A DNA stretch of 64,000 bases from assembly GCA_963702095.1 (NCBI GenBank), contig OY969706.1, forward strand, positions 864,001 to 928,000, given 5' to 3'. A model generated the notes under the pieces. It was not told the DNA's origin. It made no database searches and worked only from the letters and a program-made list of their open reading frames with translations. Position 1 is the stretch's first letter, and every line of letters starts with the position of its first letter. Both the position numbers and the translations under genes were made by a program. Origin of the DNA: Candidatus Bathyarchaeota archaeon (lineage in GTDB: Archaea > Thermoproteota > Bathyarchaeia > Bathyarchaeales > Bathycorpusculaceae). Below, in pieces: positions 1 to 9,859 of this stretch.

Positions 1-1030
1 ATGCCCAGTGGAACCTTCTCACGCTCAGTATGCCCGCGCCTACCAGCATCAGCAGGAACGGAAACAGCAAATTGATGTTTTGCTCAGAAAGCCACGACCG
101 GGACAGGAAGAAAATCAAAAGCAAAACCACAGCGCACTCCGCCAAATCCACCATTGAACGGGGTTTTCTGCGGTAAACCCAAATGAAACCAACTGCCAAC
201 AGGGGAATCCAGAGGTAACCCAGAAACCACAAACCCGAGGACGTATCCGATTTACTAGCAAAAACGTCGCCAAGGTTAAAAATTGTCATGCCGCCGGCCA
301 ATCGAAAATACGAACCCACTTCATTCGACGACGCGGGAGCAGCCCAATCAAGTAGGTAAAACGGCAAAAACCACAGTGCCAACACCACTGCCACGGTGAC
401 TGTGGCTGCAACTGCCTTTTTTAGGGTGGCTTTGGAGGCGTAGAGCAGCGGCAGCCCAAGCAGGGGAAAAGATATGGGTTTTAAAACTAAACTCAGAGAA
501 AGCAGCAGAGCAGACTCCGCGATTTTGCCTTGGCTTAAAAAGTAGACTCCGACGACACAGAGTAGCGCAACCAGTGTGTCGAATTGACCCCAAGCCACCG
601 TAGTCAGCAAAGTGAAGGGGTTAAACAGCATAAAAAGCCATGCGAACCGCACGGTTTTTTGGGGCATATGCTGCTTCTGCATCAGGGTTTTGGTGGCGTA
701 AGCGAGGGCGATGTTGGCGGCGATGATGGGGATTTTTGTGGCAAAATTGTAGAGAAAAATGTTACCCGTCAAATTGTAGGTTAAGCGGTAGATGAAGCCC
801 AAGAGCAGCGTCCATAGAGGCGGATAACCAATGACGGGGTTTACTCCGTTGAGGTAGCTGCTGGAAGAAAAAACCGCTACAGTATATTGCTGGTAAGGGT
901 TTAAGCCTACGCTTGCCAAGTAGCCAGCATCGAGGAAAACCCGCTGGTCAAAGTAGTGCCCCAGAAAAACCGCTAAAGGAACCTGTAAGCAGACACTTGC
1001 AAAAACAAGCCAAACGTCTCGGCTTAACAA
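1..1030 (-). CDS. GT-C superfamily polytopic membrane glycosyltransferase (GT87/PIG-M-like), runs off the left edge
   Basis: Not in ORF track (no stop in window). Manual translation from TTG at 1030: MLSRDVWLVFASVCLQVPLAVFLGHYFDQRVF...GLNPY...GYPPLW...ATKIPIIAANI...LFNPFTLLTTVAWGQFDTLVA...LVLKP. YPP, NP..WGQFD and K motifs are typical of GT87-like enzymes. Confidence 0.8.
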   Translation of the reverse strand, partial: MLSRDVWLVFASVCLQVPLAVFLGHYFDQRVFLDAGYLASVGLNPYQQYTVAVFSSSSYLNGVNPVIGYPPLWTLLLGFIYRLTYNLTGNIFLYNFATKIPIIAANIALAYATKTLMQKQHMPQKTVRFAWLFMLFNPFTLLTTVAWGQFDTLVALLCVVGVYFLSQGKIAESALLLSLSLVLKPISFPLLGLPLLYASKATLKKAVAATVTVAVVLALWFLPFYLLDWAAPASSNEVGSYFRLAGGMTIFNLGDVFASKSDTSSGLWFLGYLWIPLLAVGFIWVYRRKPRSMVDLAECAVVLLLIFFLSRSWLSEQNINLLFPFLLMLVGAGILSVRRFHWA

Positions 1031-1088
1031 AAAAACACCAATTTAGTTGACACTAAAAAACGTGGAGATAAGAAGAAAAAAGGATGAT

Positions 1089-2243
1089 TTATTTAGCAAT
1101 GACTGCGACTGGTCTTTTGAAAAGCTTAAGTTTACCCAGCAAAGCCGCGATCAACACTATGCCCAGCAAAACTGGGATTGCAAGTATAGGTAGTTCAGGG
1201 ACCCAGTTGGTTCCGTTGAACGCTAAGATTTTGCCGCTGTCGCCTACTGTCCACGCCTGAGTTGAACCGCCGTCGTTGTGAACTATGGACACGCCGTTGA
1301 GGTCAACATCTGCAACCTGTGAATCGCATTCCCAAACGTTGCCGCTCCAGTACATGACCATGCCGTTACTGCCGACTGCCCATCCTGCTGATTCATTAGT
1401 GAAAGCCATTGAATAAATGATTGAGTTAAGGCTACTTGTTGTGTTGCCAGTTCCGAATTGGAAGTTAGTGAACTGTGACCATGTTGTACCATTTAACATT
1501 AGGACTGTTCCTTGATCGCCTGTTCCGCCGGCTGCAAACGCTGATCCATCTGCAAATGCTTGAATCGCATAGAGGGGTGCAATTGTGTTACTTGTCATAG
1601 GTGACCAACTCTGTCCATCATAGTGTATTATGGTTCCGCCGTCGCCTACTGCCCAAGCGTCCATTGAAGCATCAACCACCGATACTGCTCGAAGTGTATT
1701 TTGGGAAACATCCGTCATTCCGTACCATGTGCCATCTCCCCAGACCAGTGCGATGCCATTAGCACCAACTATCCAACCAGTTGTGCCATCATGTGTCATC
1801 GTTACTGCGTAGAGGGTTGCGTTGATTGCATCACTACCGCTGCCGGCGGTGCTGAAGCTAACTACATTCCATTCACTCCATGTTCCGTTGTAGTGGAGTA
1901 TGACACCAGTGTTTCCGCTGCCACCGACTGCCCAGCCGTTAGTGGGGTTGGTGAAGGCTACGGAGTAAAGGTTCGCTGAAGTTGGACTCGTAACGGTAGT
2001 CCATGACATCCCATCCCAAAAGACGATGGTTCCGCCGTCGCCTACTGCCCAAGCGTTAAGTAGGGTCAAATCGTTGGTGCCATCACTGCCGGTTGCGTTG
2101 TTGACTATACATACTGCATTTAGGTTGGTTGATGTGGGGCTAGTGACGCTGGTAAGATTATTGTTCTGTGCTGCTGCTAAGCCGATTGAACCGCATAGAA
2201 GAACAGCTACAAGTGATATTGCTATTGTATTTGATAATTTCAT
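1089..2243 (-). CDS. Secreted beta-propeller repeat (YCF48/BNR-like) surface protein with PEF-CTERM-like C-terminal anchor
   Basis: Signal peptide; repeated WAVGDGGTI..(W/Y)DG..W units; C-terminal VPEL + TM helix + basic tail. Confidence 0.75.
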   Translation of the reverse strand: MKLSNTIAISLVAVLLCGSIGLAAAQNNNLTSVTSPTSTNLNAVCIVNNATGSDGTNDLTLLNAWAVGDGGTIVFWDGMSWTTVTSPTSANLYSVAFTNPTNGWAVGGSGNTGVILHYNGTWSEWNVVSFSTAGSGSDAINATLYAVTMTHDGTTGWIVGANGIALVWGDGTWYGMTDVSQNTLRAVSVVDASMDAWAVGDGGTIIHYDGQSWSPMTSNTIAPLYAIQAFADGSAFAAGGTGDQGTVLMLNGTTWSQFTNFQFGTGNTTSSLNSIIYSMAFTNESAGWAVGSNGMVMYWSGNVWECDSQVADVDLNGVSIVHNDGGSTQAWTVGDSGKILAFNGTNWVPELPILAIPVLLGIVLIAALLGKLKLFKRPVAVIAK

Positions 2244-2418
2244 TTCTCTATTTCACCTACCTAAAAATCTAGAAGTTAATGGGCTCCTCCGCGGTAATAT
2301 AAGTTTGTGACTGTACCTCAATAGCTACTTACAGACACCGAAGCATCGCTGTGACTGCGAAGGCACATCAACCATTGTTTTTGTAATAAAGTAGGTTACG
2401 GGTATTCTGGTGTAGGTT

Positions 2419-3376
2419 TTGGTTAAAGTTAAACAAGTAGGGGTTGACAGCGGCGCATTTGAACTCGGTTATAGTTTAATGTCTGAGGAACATCGACCGC
2501 TAGAGCTGGTACGCTACGCGCAGTTAGCGGAGGATGCGGGTTTCACGTTTGCGACAATTTCAGATCATTTCCACCCTTGGACCGATGCAACAGCTAACAG
2601 CCCCTTTGTCTGGGCAACAATCGGCGGAATCGTGGTTTCAACCAAGACACTGCGGCTCGGCACCGCAGTTACCTGTCCCACCATCCGTATCCACCCCGCG
2701 ATTATTGCACAGGCGGCGACGGCGGCTTCTATGATGCCTAACCGCTTCTTTTTAGGCGTAGGAACAGGCGAGAACCTCAACGAACACATTTTGGGTTCAG
2801 TTTGGCCGCCGCATGAAGTCCGTAGCGACATGCTTGAAGAAGCCGTCGAAGTCATCCGGCAATTGTGGAGTGGAAAAAACATCAGTTACTACGGAAACTA
2901 CTACGTTATTGAGAACGCAGAGATTTACACGCTTCCCAAAAGCCCCGTCCCCGTCATCGTAGCTGCGGAGGGACCAAAAATGGCTCATACCGCGGGGAAG
3001 ATCGGCGACGGCTTGATGAGCACCACACCTGACAAATCTTTTATAGCGGCGTTTAAAGAGGAATCGGCGGATGAGGATTTGCCGCTTTACTGCCAAGCCA
3101 CCGCCTGCTACGCAAAAGATGAGGCGGAAGCCAGGAAAATCGCCCATAAACAGTGGCCTATCACGGGGCTTCCCGGAGAATTAACCCGCGAGTTGCCCAC
3201 GCCCACATTTTTTGAACACGCCGCATCGTTAGTCACAGAAGAAACGGCGACCAAAACGGTAGCTTTCCTCGACGCGGGCTTCAAAAAGTGTCCATCCACA
3301 ACATTGGAGACCTAACCAAGAAGAATTCTTCAAGTTCTACAAAGAAAAAATAATACCTCAACTAAAAAACCTCTAA
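2419..3376 (+). pseudogene. F420-dependent LLM-class oxidoreductase (G6PDH-F420-like), C-terminus disrupted
   Basis: SDHFHPW, LGTAVTCP and GVGTGENLNEH motifs. The ORF stops at 3315, but the expected tail VSIHNIG / PNQEEFFKFYKEKIIPQLKNL* continues in other frames to 3376. Confidence 0.7.
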
Positions 3377-3450
3377 GCGGTCCCGAGGGCTCTTTCGTAC
3401 CAATCACGGACCTACGCTTTAACAAGTTCTATAGAGCCCAAAAAGAACAG

Positions 3451-4152
3451 CTATACCGACTTAGGCTTTTCTGAGTTGGCTTTCTTTTGGAAAAACTGTT
3501 TTTTGTAGCCGAATAACCCAGCCAAAGTGAGAAGCACAGCTATGCTGAAGAGAACAAGGTAGAACAGGTGCGCCAGCCCCAACGCCACCGTCAACGAAGA
3601 TAGAAGCAACGATTCAGTGAAGGGATAGCCGATGGTGCTGGGCAACAACACTGTAGCTATGGGGATAATGAGCACCAAATTGGTTTTTTTGTAAGTGAAG
3701 AAAACCCGCCAGTCATTGGTTTTAAATAAGACCACCGTTGCAAAGAGGAACAGGAGTACCTCTAAGGTTATGTTGATAGGACTAAAGATGTCAAAGTAGG
3801 GACCGCCTAATTCGTGTAGTCCAAACTGTTGGTTGGTTAGGGGCCAGAACAGTTGAAGTTTGCCTCCGACGATGAAGTCGCCGATTAAGGGATGCGAGAT
3901 TAGGGCGAGGAAGTAGGGGATGGCTGTTTTGCGGTACTTGATAAAGATCGGGATGAAGACAAGCGCCGCTACAACAACGGAGTGGAAGGGTCCCCTGTGA
4001 ATGTGGGCACCGGTTAAGAAGTCAAATACTATGTCCGCGTCGGGCAGTATGGCAAGAACGAGAATTAACGGTATGATGATTTTTGTCTTTAGCGCCTTTG
4101 ACGAGCCTTTGCCTATAAGGTAGGCTAGAGCCATGTGTCCGACAGCAAACAA
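3451..4152 (-). CDS. Membrane metal-dependent hydrolase (YdjM-like)
   Basis: GH, LPDAD, HRGPFHS and SH..GD motifs; multiple TM helices. Confidence 0.8.
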   Translation of the reverse strand: MFAVGHMALAYLIGKGSSKALKTKIIIPLILVLAILPDADIVFDFLTGAHIHRGPFHSVVVAALVFIPIFIKYRKTAIPYFLALISHPLIGDFIVGGKLQLFWPLTNQQFGLHELGGPYFDIFSPINITLEVLLFLFATVVLFKTNDWRVFFTYKKTNLVLIIPIATVLLPSTIGYPFTESLLLSSLTVALGLAHLFYLVLFSIAVLLTLAGLFGYKKQFFQKKANSEKPKSV

Positions 4153-4312
4153 ACCGCTTCTTCTCCGACTTTAACTCTCACATTTCAGGTTTGGTTGGCT
4201 TTAAGGGTTTAGGGTCAAGTTTAGGTGAACGTTAGCTGCAACCAGAGGGTTGACAGAAAAACTAACGGACACAAATGGAAATCAAAAAGGCACTAATGGA
4301 ACAAGAATTTGC

Positions 4313-4447
4313 CTGTTCTGCTTGCGGAAAGCTCCACAACCAGCCTGCAACCCTTTGGCGTTGCAGAATAAAAAAACACAGTTGCCCCTTTGCCCACTGG
4401 AAGATGATGAGTAAGGGCGGCTCTGCCTTCATCTAACAATAGAAAAA
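4313..4447 (+). repeat. Dispersed 135-nt structured extragenic repeat, copy 1 (subfamily A)
   Basis: CTGTTCTGCTTGCGGA..CAACCAGCCTGCAAC...GAAGATGATGAGTAAGGG...TAGAAAAA; colinear with five other copies. Confidence 0.85.
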
Positions 4448-4470
4448 AAAATCAGGCACACAAAAAGGGT

Positions 4471-4686
4471 CTATGGGAAACCGACGACACGCATAAGAAC
4501 CGTTGCCAAAAAAGCCAGTCCACATCCAACCCCCGTGTACCTGAGCAACTGCTTATCAAGCACGATTCTCGAGGAGTAATAAGACGAAGAATACAGCAGT
4601 TCCGAAGTGGTAAGCAAAATAATCGCTGCCACTGCAAGCCAAAGACCAATATCGGGGATTGATAGAGGAAAAATCATAGTTTTCAC
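4471..4686 (-). CDS. Small two-TM membrane protein of the glycan island
   Basis: Two hydrophobic helices; abuts the upstream gene at 4687. Confidence 0.65.
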   Translation of the reverse strand: MKTMIFPLSIPDIGLWLAVAAIILLTTSELLYSSSYYSSRIVLDKQLLRYTGVGCGLAFLATVLMRVVGFP

Positions 4687-5493
4687 CTAAACAAAAGTAT
4701 ACGTTACTAAAACACTGTTTCCGCCTGAAGGTATTTGTTCTTGGATAATCACGGTTTTGCCCGAGGTCTTAGCCAGTGCACTTGCTACTGCACTTACAAC
4801 TGGGCAGCCTAGCAGGTCAACGCTTCTGGGTTTACTCTCAGGATCATAGAGGCTGTCATAGATGATGCCTGAAGCTTTGAACTGGGCACCATTATGTGTC
4901 AGCGTCATGTCGGCGCTTCGGGCAAGATTAAGATTCTCAGTTAAACACTTGGGCAATATTGCTGAGAGGTCAGTTAGACCAATTTTGCTTAAATCCAATC
5001 GCAGTTGCCGCTCAACCTGAGCCATTATACCTGAACCCGGCGAAGTCACAAATACCCCGCGGCTTTGCGCAGAGATAAATTTGCCCTGCGCCAACTCGTC
5101 AACAGAGGGTTTCCCATCGAAGCTTTCTGAAATGAAAACCACGGGTTCACGTAGGTTCTTTAAGTAATCAGGCAAAGCCACGTCTCTTGGGTACGCGGGA
5201 ATGTAGTAGCCTCGTCCACTGTATTTTAAATCGTTAATCATGCGGTCAATGGTGGAATAGCTCGAGCGTGCACTGCTGTCGAGTATGCTGCCTTCAACGT
5301 ATTTCCCTGTTCGGGTTAACGCGAATACAGCACCCCAGAAAGTTAAGCCTAACCCGATGAAAGCGGCGATTTGCTGGTTGAAAAGCATGGAGAAGGCAAG
5401 CAATAAAAACCCAAGGGCTAAAAATCCGCCTGCAATACCCATTGCAGAGGTACTTTTCTTTTGAACTGGCTTCAAATTAAAAATCAACTCCAA
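4687..5493 (-). CDS. Hypothetical membrane protein (2 N-terminal TM plus soluble domain)
   Basis: 268-aa ORF, N-terminal TM pair, LLGCPVVSAVA motif. Confidence 0.7.
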   Translation of the reverse strand: MELIFNLKPVQKKSTSAMGIAGGFLALGFLLLAFSMLFNQQIAAFIGLGLTFWGAVFALTRTGKYVEGSILDSSARSSYSTIDRMINDLKYSGRGYYIPAYPRDVALPDYLKNLREPVVFISESFDGKPSVDELAQGKFISAQSRGVFVTSPGSGIMAQVERQLRLDLSKIGLTDLSAILPKCLTENLNLARSADMTLTHNGAQFKASGIIYDSLYDPESKPRSVDLLGCPVVSAVASALAKTSGKTVIIQEQIPSGGNSVLVTYTFV

Positions 5494-5558
5494 AAATTAT
5501 TACTAAAAAAACAGCTATGACGCTTCTAATATAACTACACAACCGTTATGTTTAAATT

Positions 5559-7293
5559 TTATCTATTTATTTCTGCGGGTTCAGCCGGAAGTTTCTTATC
5601 AAATTTGCTTCGGCACAACTTCTGCATGTAGGAAAGAGGCAGATGGAGGAATTTGGAGACTAATCCTGAACCTGAAAACATCGCGCGGAAATTCTCGATA
5701 TCCATACTGTTGATTGCACCCAACAGAGGCGCCGTAGCCAAATAAACCAGCAAAAACACGCTCAGACCAGCAAAAAGGGTCACAATGTAGGGCCAACGTA
5801 CCACGCTGATAAGCAAATACGCGACGCCCGAAGCAATGAGGGATGCGCCCAAAATTTTAGCTGAAATCACAAAATCAGCTTTTACCTTGTAGTGTTTCCA
5901 ACTCCAGACTAAACCCCAAATCATGCCTGGCAGGCTTGCGACGAGGGCCCCCAATAACCCGGCGATTATCGCATAGGTCGCTGCTACTTGACCGTTACCA
6001 CCCAAGTTATAGGCGAACGCCACCAGAAAATACGCAAGCGGCAACCCCACAGCTAAAGACAGGGCACTTTGCTTCATAATTTGTTTTGTTCTGGCCAATT
6101 CCTGTTTGGAAGGTGCCTATGCTGATGTTTCCCAATAGGACAAAGAGGTTTACGGTTGCGGAGAGCGCCAGAAATATGGGTGCCAAAGGAAACTTGGGGG
6201 TGGCGTCGGGGGTAAACAGGGAGTGGATTATGCCGTCCTGTGGAAACAAGGTGTTAACTAAAGGCGTCGCCAGGGTGATTAGCATCATTGTTGCGGGAAC
6301 CAGCAGCAGAGCCGTGTACTTAACTGAGGACGAAAAAACGGTTCTTATGAGTTCAGGTTCTTTTTCAGGGTTAATTTTTGAGAAAACGGGGAACAGGGCG
6401 GTGGCAACTGGAAAAGAAACGAAGGTCAAGATGACGGTGAAGTTGGTGGCAGTAAAATAGTTGCCCATTGTCCAGCCATAGGGGTTGCCTGCGGCGACGT
6501 CGCCTGCGCCAGCGTAGATGCCCATGGTGAGCGCGAAAACCAGCGGCAACACTCCGATGACGATGGTGGATACGGTGAGGGGTAAACCGAATTTTAACAT
6601 GGGTTTTAGGGTTTGTTTGACGTCGCATCTGCCCACTCTGCATTTCCGCAGGGGTCTGTAGAGGGCGTAGTAAACTATGACTATGCTGATGATGCCGCCA
6701 GCGAGAATTGAAACCATCGCTGCGTAGACCGCGCCCAATACGCCAAAACCAAGCACGATCAAGAGGGGACCCAGAGCGGTTTTGATGACAGCGGCGAAGA
6801 TTTGGGTGAAACTGTTAAGTTTCATGCGTTCATAACCGACGAATATGCCGCCTGCAGCAGCGGCGATGGCGCCTGCGAACACGGAGAGAGACATAACGGA
6901 GATGTAGAGGGATAACTGTGAGGCATCCTGTGGACTCATTATCCACGCGATGGGTTGAGCTACTGCGAAGCAGACCACTGACAGGAGGATTCCGCTGACG
7001 AGTTCGAAGATGACGCCTGAAACGATAACGTCATGGATTTCCGAGTCTTTACCCGCAACTCGTAAGCCAGCAATCTGCTTGGTCATCGCCGAGTTGATGC
7101 CCCAGTCCCGGAAGAAATTGATGATTGAGGAGGGAATCAAAGCCATGCCGTAGAGTCCGACGCCTTCGGCGGGCAGAAGCATCCCTAAAAGTATGGTGCC
7201 GACAGCCATGATGATGGTGGAGCCGGCGACGCCGAGTAGCAGGTGGAAGCTGCCGGTGGCGGAGGATTTGCCCATCTCTAAAGCTTTATCCAT
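5559..7293 (-). CDS. Wzx/MurJ-like oligosaccharide flippase, split by a 1-nt frameshift near 6092
   Basis: ORFs 6007..7311 and 5559..6098 join as ...FQTGIG/RTKQIMKQSALSL...; polytopic MOP-family features (DWGINSAMTK, LFPVFSK). Confidence 0.8.
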
Positions 7294-7709
7294 TCCAGCA
7301 CCCCAAAACAAGATAAAAAATTAATTTTAGAAAATAATTTTATAGTCTTTCAAAAATAACTCAAAGCCCGGAGCCCATCCAACCCCTTGATAAGGACGCT
7401 TGGCAGTTCCGGATACAGTTTATGGAATATTGCAGCCCATCGAAACGCGGCTGGTCGAACGTGTCTATTCTGTTTTGTTAGCATTCGGTAGCTTTAGCCG
7501 TGGTGAGGGGTTGTGTTGTGGAGGGAAACGCTTCTGACATTTTTCTGCTGTCGTCCAAGGGGTCAATCTAGTGACAAGCGGCGTTCTCTAAGCTTGTTAA
7601 GTCCACTTTGCAATCCAACCGCTCGATTTGGCAAGATAGCGCATTGGACTTTTCAAAAAGGAATAAAATTGATTCAATCGTAGAGAGGTCAAATTCAGGA
7701 AGAGAGAAA

Positions 7710-8783
7710 ATGAATAAAGAGACTTTCGGAAAAAAACTTCATTCGCGGCCCATAAAAAAAATCTCTAAACCCCTTGCAATAGCCATCAGCGTACTATTCA
7801 TCGTTGGCATGGTGTCAGTTTTTGCAACACAATCAGCAGACGCTGCAACTTCTGTTCTCAACATCTCAAGTGGCCAATGGATATGTCAAGCGCATACAAA
7901 TGTTGAACCAATTACAACGTATAATATTCCTCACACAGAAGGCACTCGCAGTGCAAGCGGCGTGTCCAATGTAGAAAACTGCTACCTTCCACAGGCAATC
8001 TTTAGAGGTTATTGCCGCTGGGATGCAAACGGCGGATCCTTCAACCTGCAAAGCTACCCAATGCTAAGCTTCGATATATGGTGTGATAGAGTAATGGAAA
8101 TCAACGTCGGCGTGGTAGATACCACAAACGGTGGATGGAACGCAGCCGGTGTTAATATTGCAGACACCTATCATAACGGACAAGCCAACACTCCACCATA
8201 CAACAATTTGTATGGTTCAGGAACAGTAAAGTCCTCAGACGGTTATTGGCTATTAATGGTAGGTCCAAGCGACGGAAGCACCCAACACTACACACTCGAC
8301 TTAAGAACCATGGGCGTCAGTCTTTCGCATATTGGGCAAATCGTCTTTGACGTAACCTGCAATCACCAAGCCAACATCAACTGGAAAATCGAGAACATAG
8401 TGGTTTCCACCGACGGAGTCGTTCCAGCAAACCCGCAACCCACAGCTTCACCAACAGCAGCCCCAACCGCAGCACCTACACCGACTGCAACGCCCTCACC
8501 AACTCCAGCGCCCACAACAGAACCCACAACGACCCCCTCACCAACTACCGCGCCTACAACAACCCCAACACAGACTCCAGAACCAGCAACGCCTTCACAT
8601 CCAACTCACGTCACCCCATCACCGACCCCAGTAGCAACACCTTCACCGGAGCCAACTATTGCACCAACACCCACATCACTGACAAACCCAACAGTTACGC
8701 CAAACCAGCCTTTTACTATTCATCATAGCTGGTGGTGGAACTGGTTCAGTTGGTTCCGCGGTTGCATGTGGTTCCACTTCTAA
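7710..8783 (+). CDS. Secreted protein: putative carbohydrate-binding beta domain, Pro/Thr linker, Trp/Phe/His-rich C-tail
   Basis: ATG 7710 chosen because its 5' context matches the gene at 25172; signal peptide KPLAIAISVLF..ADA; PT repeats; ends HHSWWWNWFSWFRGCMWFHF. Confidence 0.75.
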   Translation: MNKETFGKKLHSRPIKKISKPLAIAISVLFIVGMVSVFATQSADAATSVLNISSGQWICQAHTNVEPITTYNIPHTEGTRSASGVSNVENCYLPQAIFRGYCRWDANGGSFNLQSYPMLSFDIWCDRVMEINVGVVDTTNGGWNAAGVNIADTYHNGQANTPPYNNLYGSGTVKSSDGYWLLMVGPSDGSTQHYTLDLRTMGVSLSHIGQIVFDVTCNHQANINWKIENIVVSTDGVVPANPQPTASPTAAPTAAPTPTATPSPTPAPTTEPTTTPSPTTAPTTTPTQTPEPATPSHPTHVTPSPTPVATPSPEPTIAPTPTSLTNPTVTPNQPFTIHHSWWWNWFSWFRGCMWFHF

Positions 8784-8810
8784 ACCCCTTCCTTTTTTAT
8801 TGTTTTTGTT
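8784..8810 (+). terminator. U-rich archaeal terminator
   Basis: CCCCTTCCTTTTTTATTGTTTTTG right after the stop; similar CCCTTC(C)TTTTT after the genes ending 26743 and 60612. Confidence 0.5.
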
Positions 8811-8831
8811 GGGTCTGTTTTTGCCTTCGAG

Positions 8832-9647
8832 TTACATCCATTTTGACTTGTTAAAATAACCCAGTTTGCTGGCAACCGTATAGACTAGAAACTTGTCGAG
8901 CGGATAATATTTTTTGCAGTAGTGACATAACTCAAGACTAGACTGCCTATCGCGGAACCGCTTAACCACCGTGGCATAATTATCCTCCAACAAGTTCCCT
9001 ATCGTATGTTCTAGCTTAAAGTCCATGTCACAGGTTTGTACTCTGCCATCTGGCATCACGACAAGTTGAGGTGTTGCAGTTTTTCGGCAGAAACCGACCT
9101 TCCGTGGTTTCGGTAGAATGCCCCTGCACAGGTTCTCTCTTTCGTTGCTAATGAACAGGTCATTCATGGTGATGTACTGCACGTTGGGGATTCCCTGCAT
9201 GATGCAGAAAATGTTTTCCTTATACTCGCTGGTTAACTGGAAGTTTGTGTTTTTGCCATCGGGTAAATGCAGCACAAACCCTTCGTACCTTAAATCAAGC
9301 AGGTCCTTGACGGTTTTGTTGGATGCACCCTGCAGTGTCGTTGCAACATGAATTCGGTAGCCTTCCTGCTGAGCATATTTCGCCATCTCAGTAAAAGATG
9401 GATTAACACAGGGTTCGCAGAAACCTGAGAAATCAATCATTACACTCTTTGGAATATGGCTCAGCATCATTTTGAAGTTATGTAGACTCATCAGGCGCTC
9501 GTTTCTGCCGTAGTTTCTAAGTAACACTTCTTGGGGACAATACTTTTGGCAGTTTACCGGGCACCCTATAGCCAATGTGAACTCCACATATTCGTTTGAA
9601 TAAAAATTAGTCGCGCGGTCAACAGCGCTTAATTGTTTAATACCCAT
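8832..9647 (-). CDS. Radical SAM/SPASM(twitch) domain protein
   Basis: CPVNCQKYC cluster motif, FSGFCEP, C-terminal C..VMPDGRVQTCDMD..IGN..CHYC. Confidence 0.8.
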   Translation of the reverse strand: MGIKQLSAVDRATNFYSNEYVEFTLAIGCPVNCQKYCPQEVLLRNYGRNERLMSLHNFKMMLSHIPKSVMIDFSGFCEPCVNPSFTEMAKYAQQEGYRIHVATTLQGASNKTVKDLLDLRYEGFVLHLPDGKNTNFQLTSEYKENIFCIMQGIPNVQYITMNDLFISNERENLCRGILPKPRKVGFCRKTATPQLVVMPDGRVQTCDMDFKLEHTIGNLLEDNYATVVKRFRDRQSSLELCHYCKKYYPLDKFLVYTVASKLGYFNKSKWM

Positions 9648-9859
9648 AAAATCGCCTCTTTGTTTGCTATACTAAAAAGCCGCCAATTAACAGAATCCAG
9701 CGGCAGCTTATAAATTTTTAGCTAGACATAGCAAACAATTCTTCGGAGAGCGATTCTTCGATAACCGGTTTATGCTCCAGATTCTAAAAATGATGAAGGG
9801 GACACTGCCTTTTCCGTAAAGGCGACGCTTTGAGACGCCTATTCTGACGCAACAAGAAA

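Noticed and set aside
348-784. Short ORFs 348..593 and 584..784
   Set aside because: Shadows of the real minus-strand GT-C gene spanning 1..1030.
1630-2056. Internal repeat as a DGR template/variable pair
   Set aside because: The copies are identical and short with no adenine-specific differences, and no reverse transcriptase is present.
4401-4437. ATGATGA in repeat subfamily A as a C box of C/D sRNAs
   Set aside because: No downstream CTGA D box, and the motif is replaced by GTT triplets in subfamily B.
8430-8705. Low-complexity CCA/ACA tracts (also 26490-26640) as DNA tandem repeats
   Set aside because: Explained by Pro/Thr linker codons; nucleotide units are not exact.
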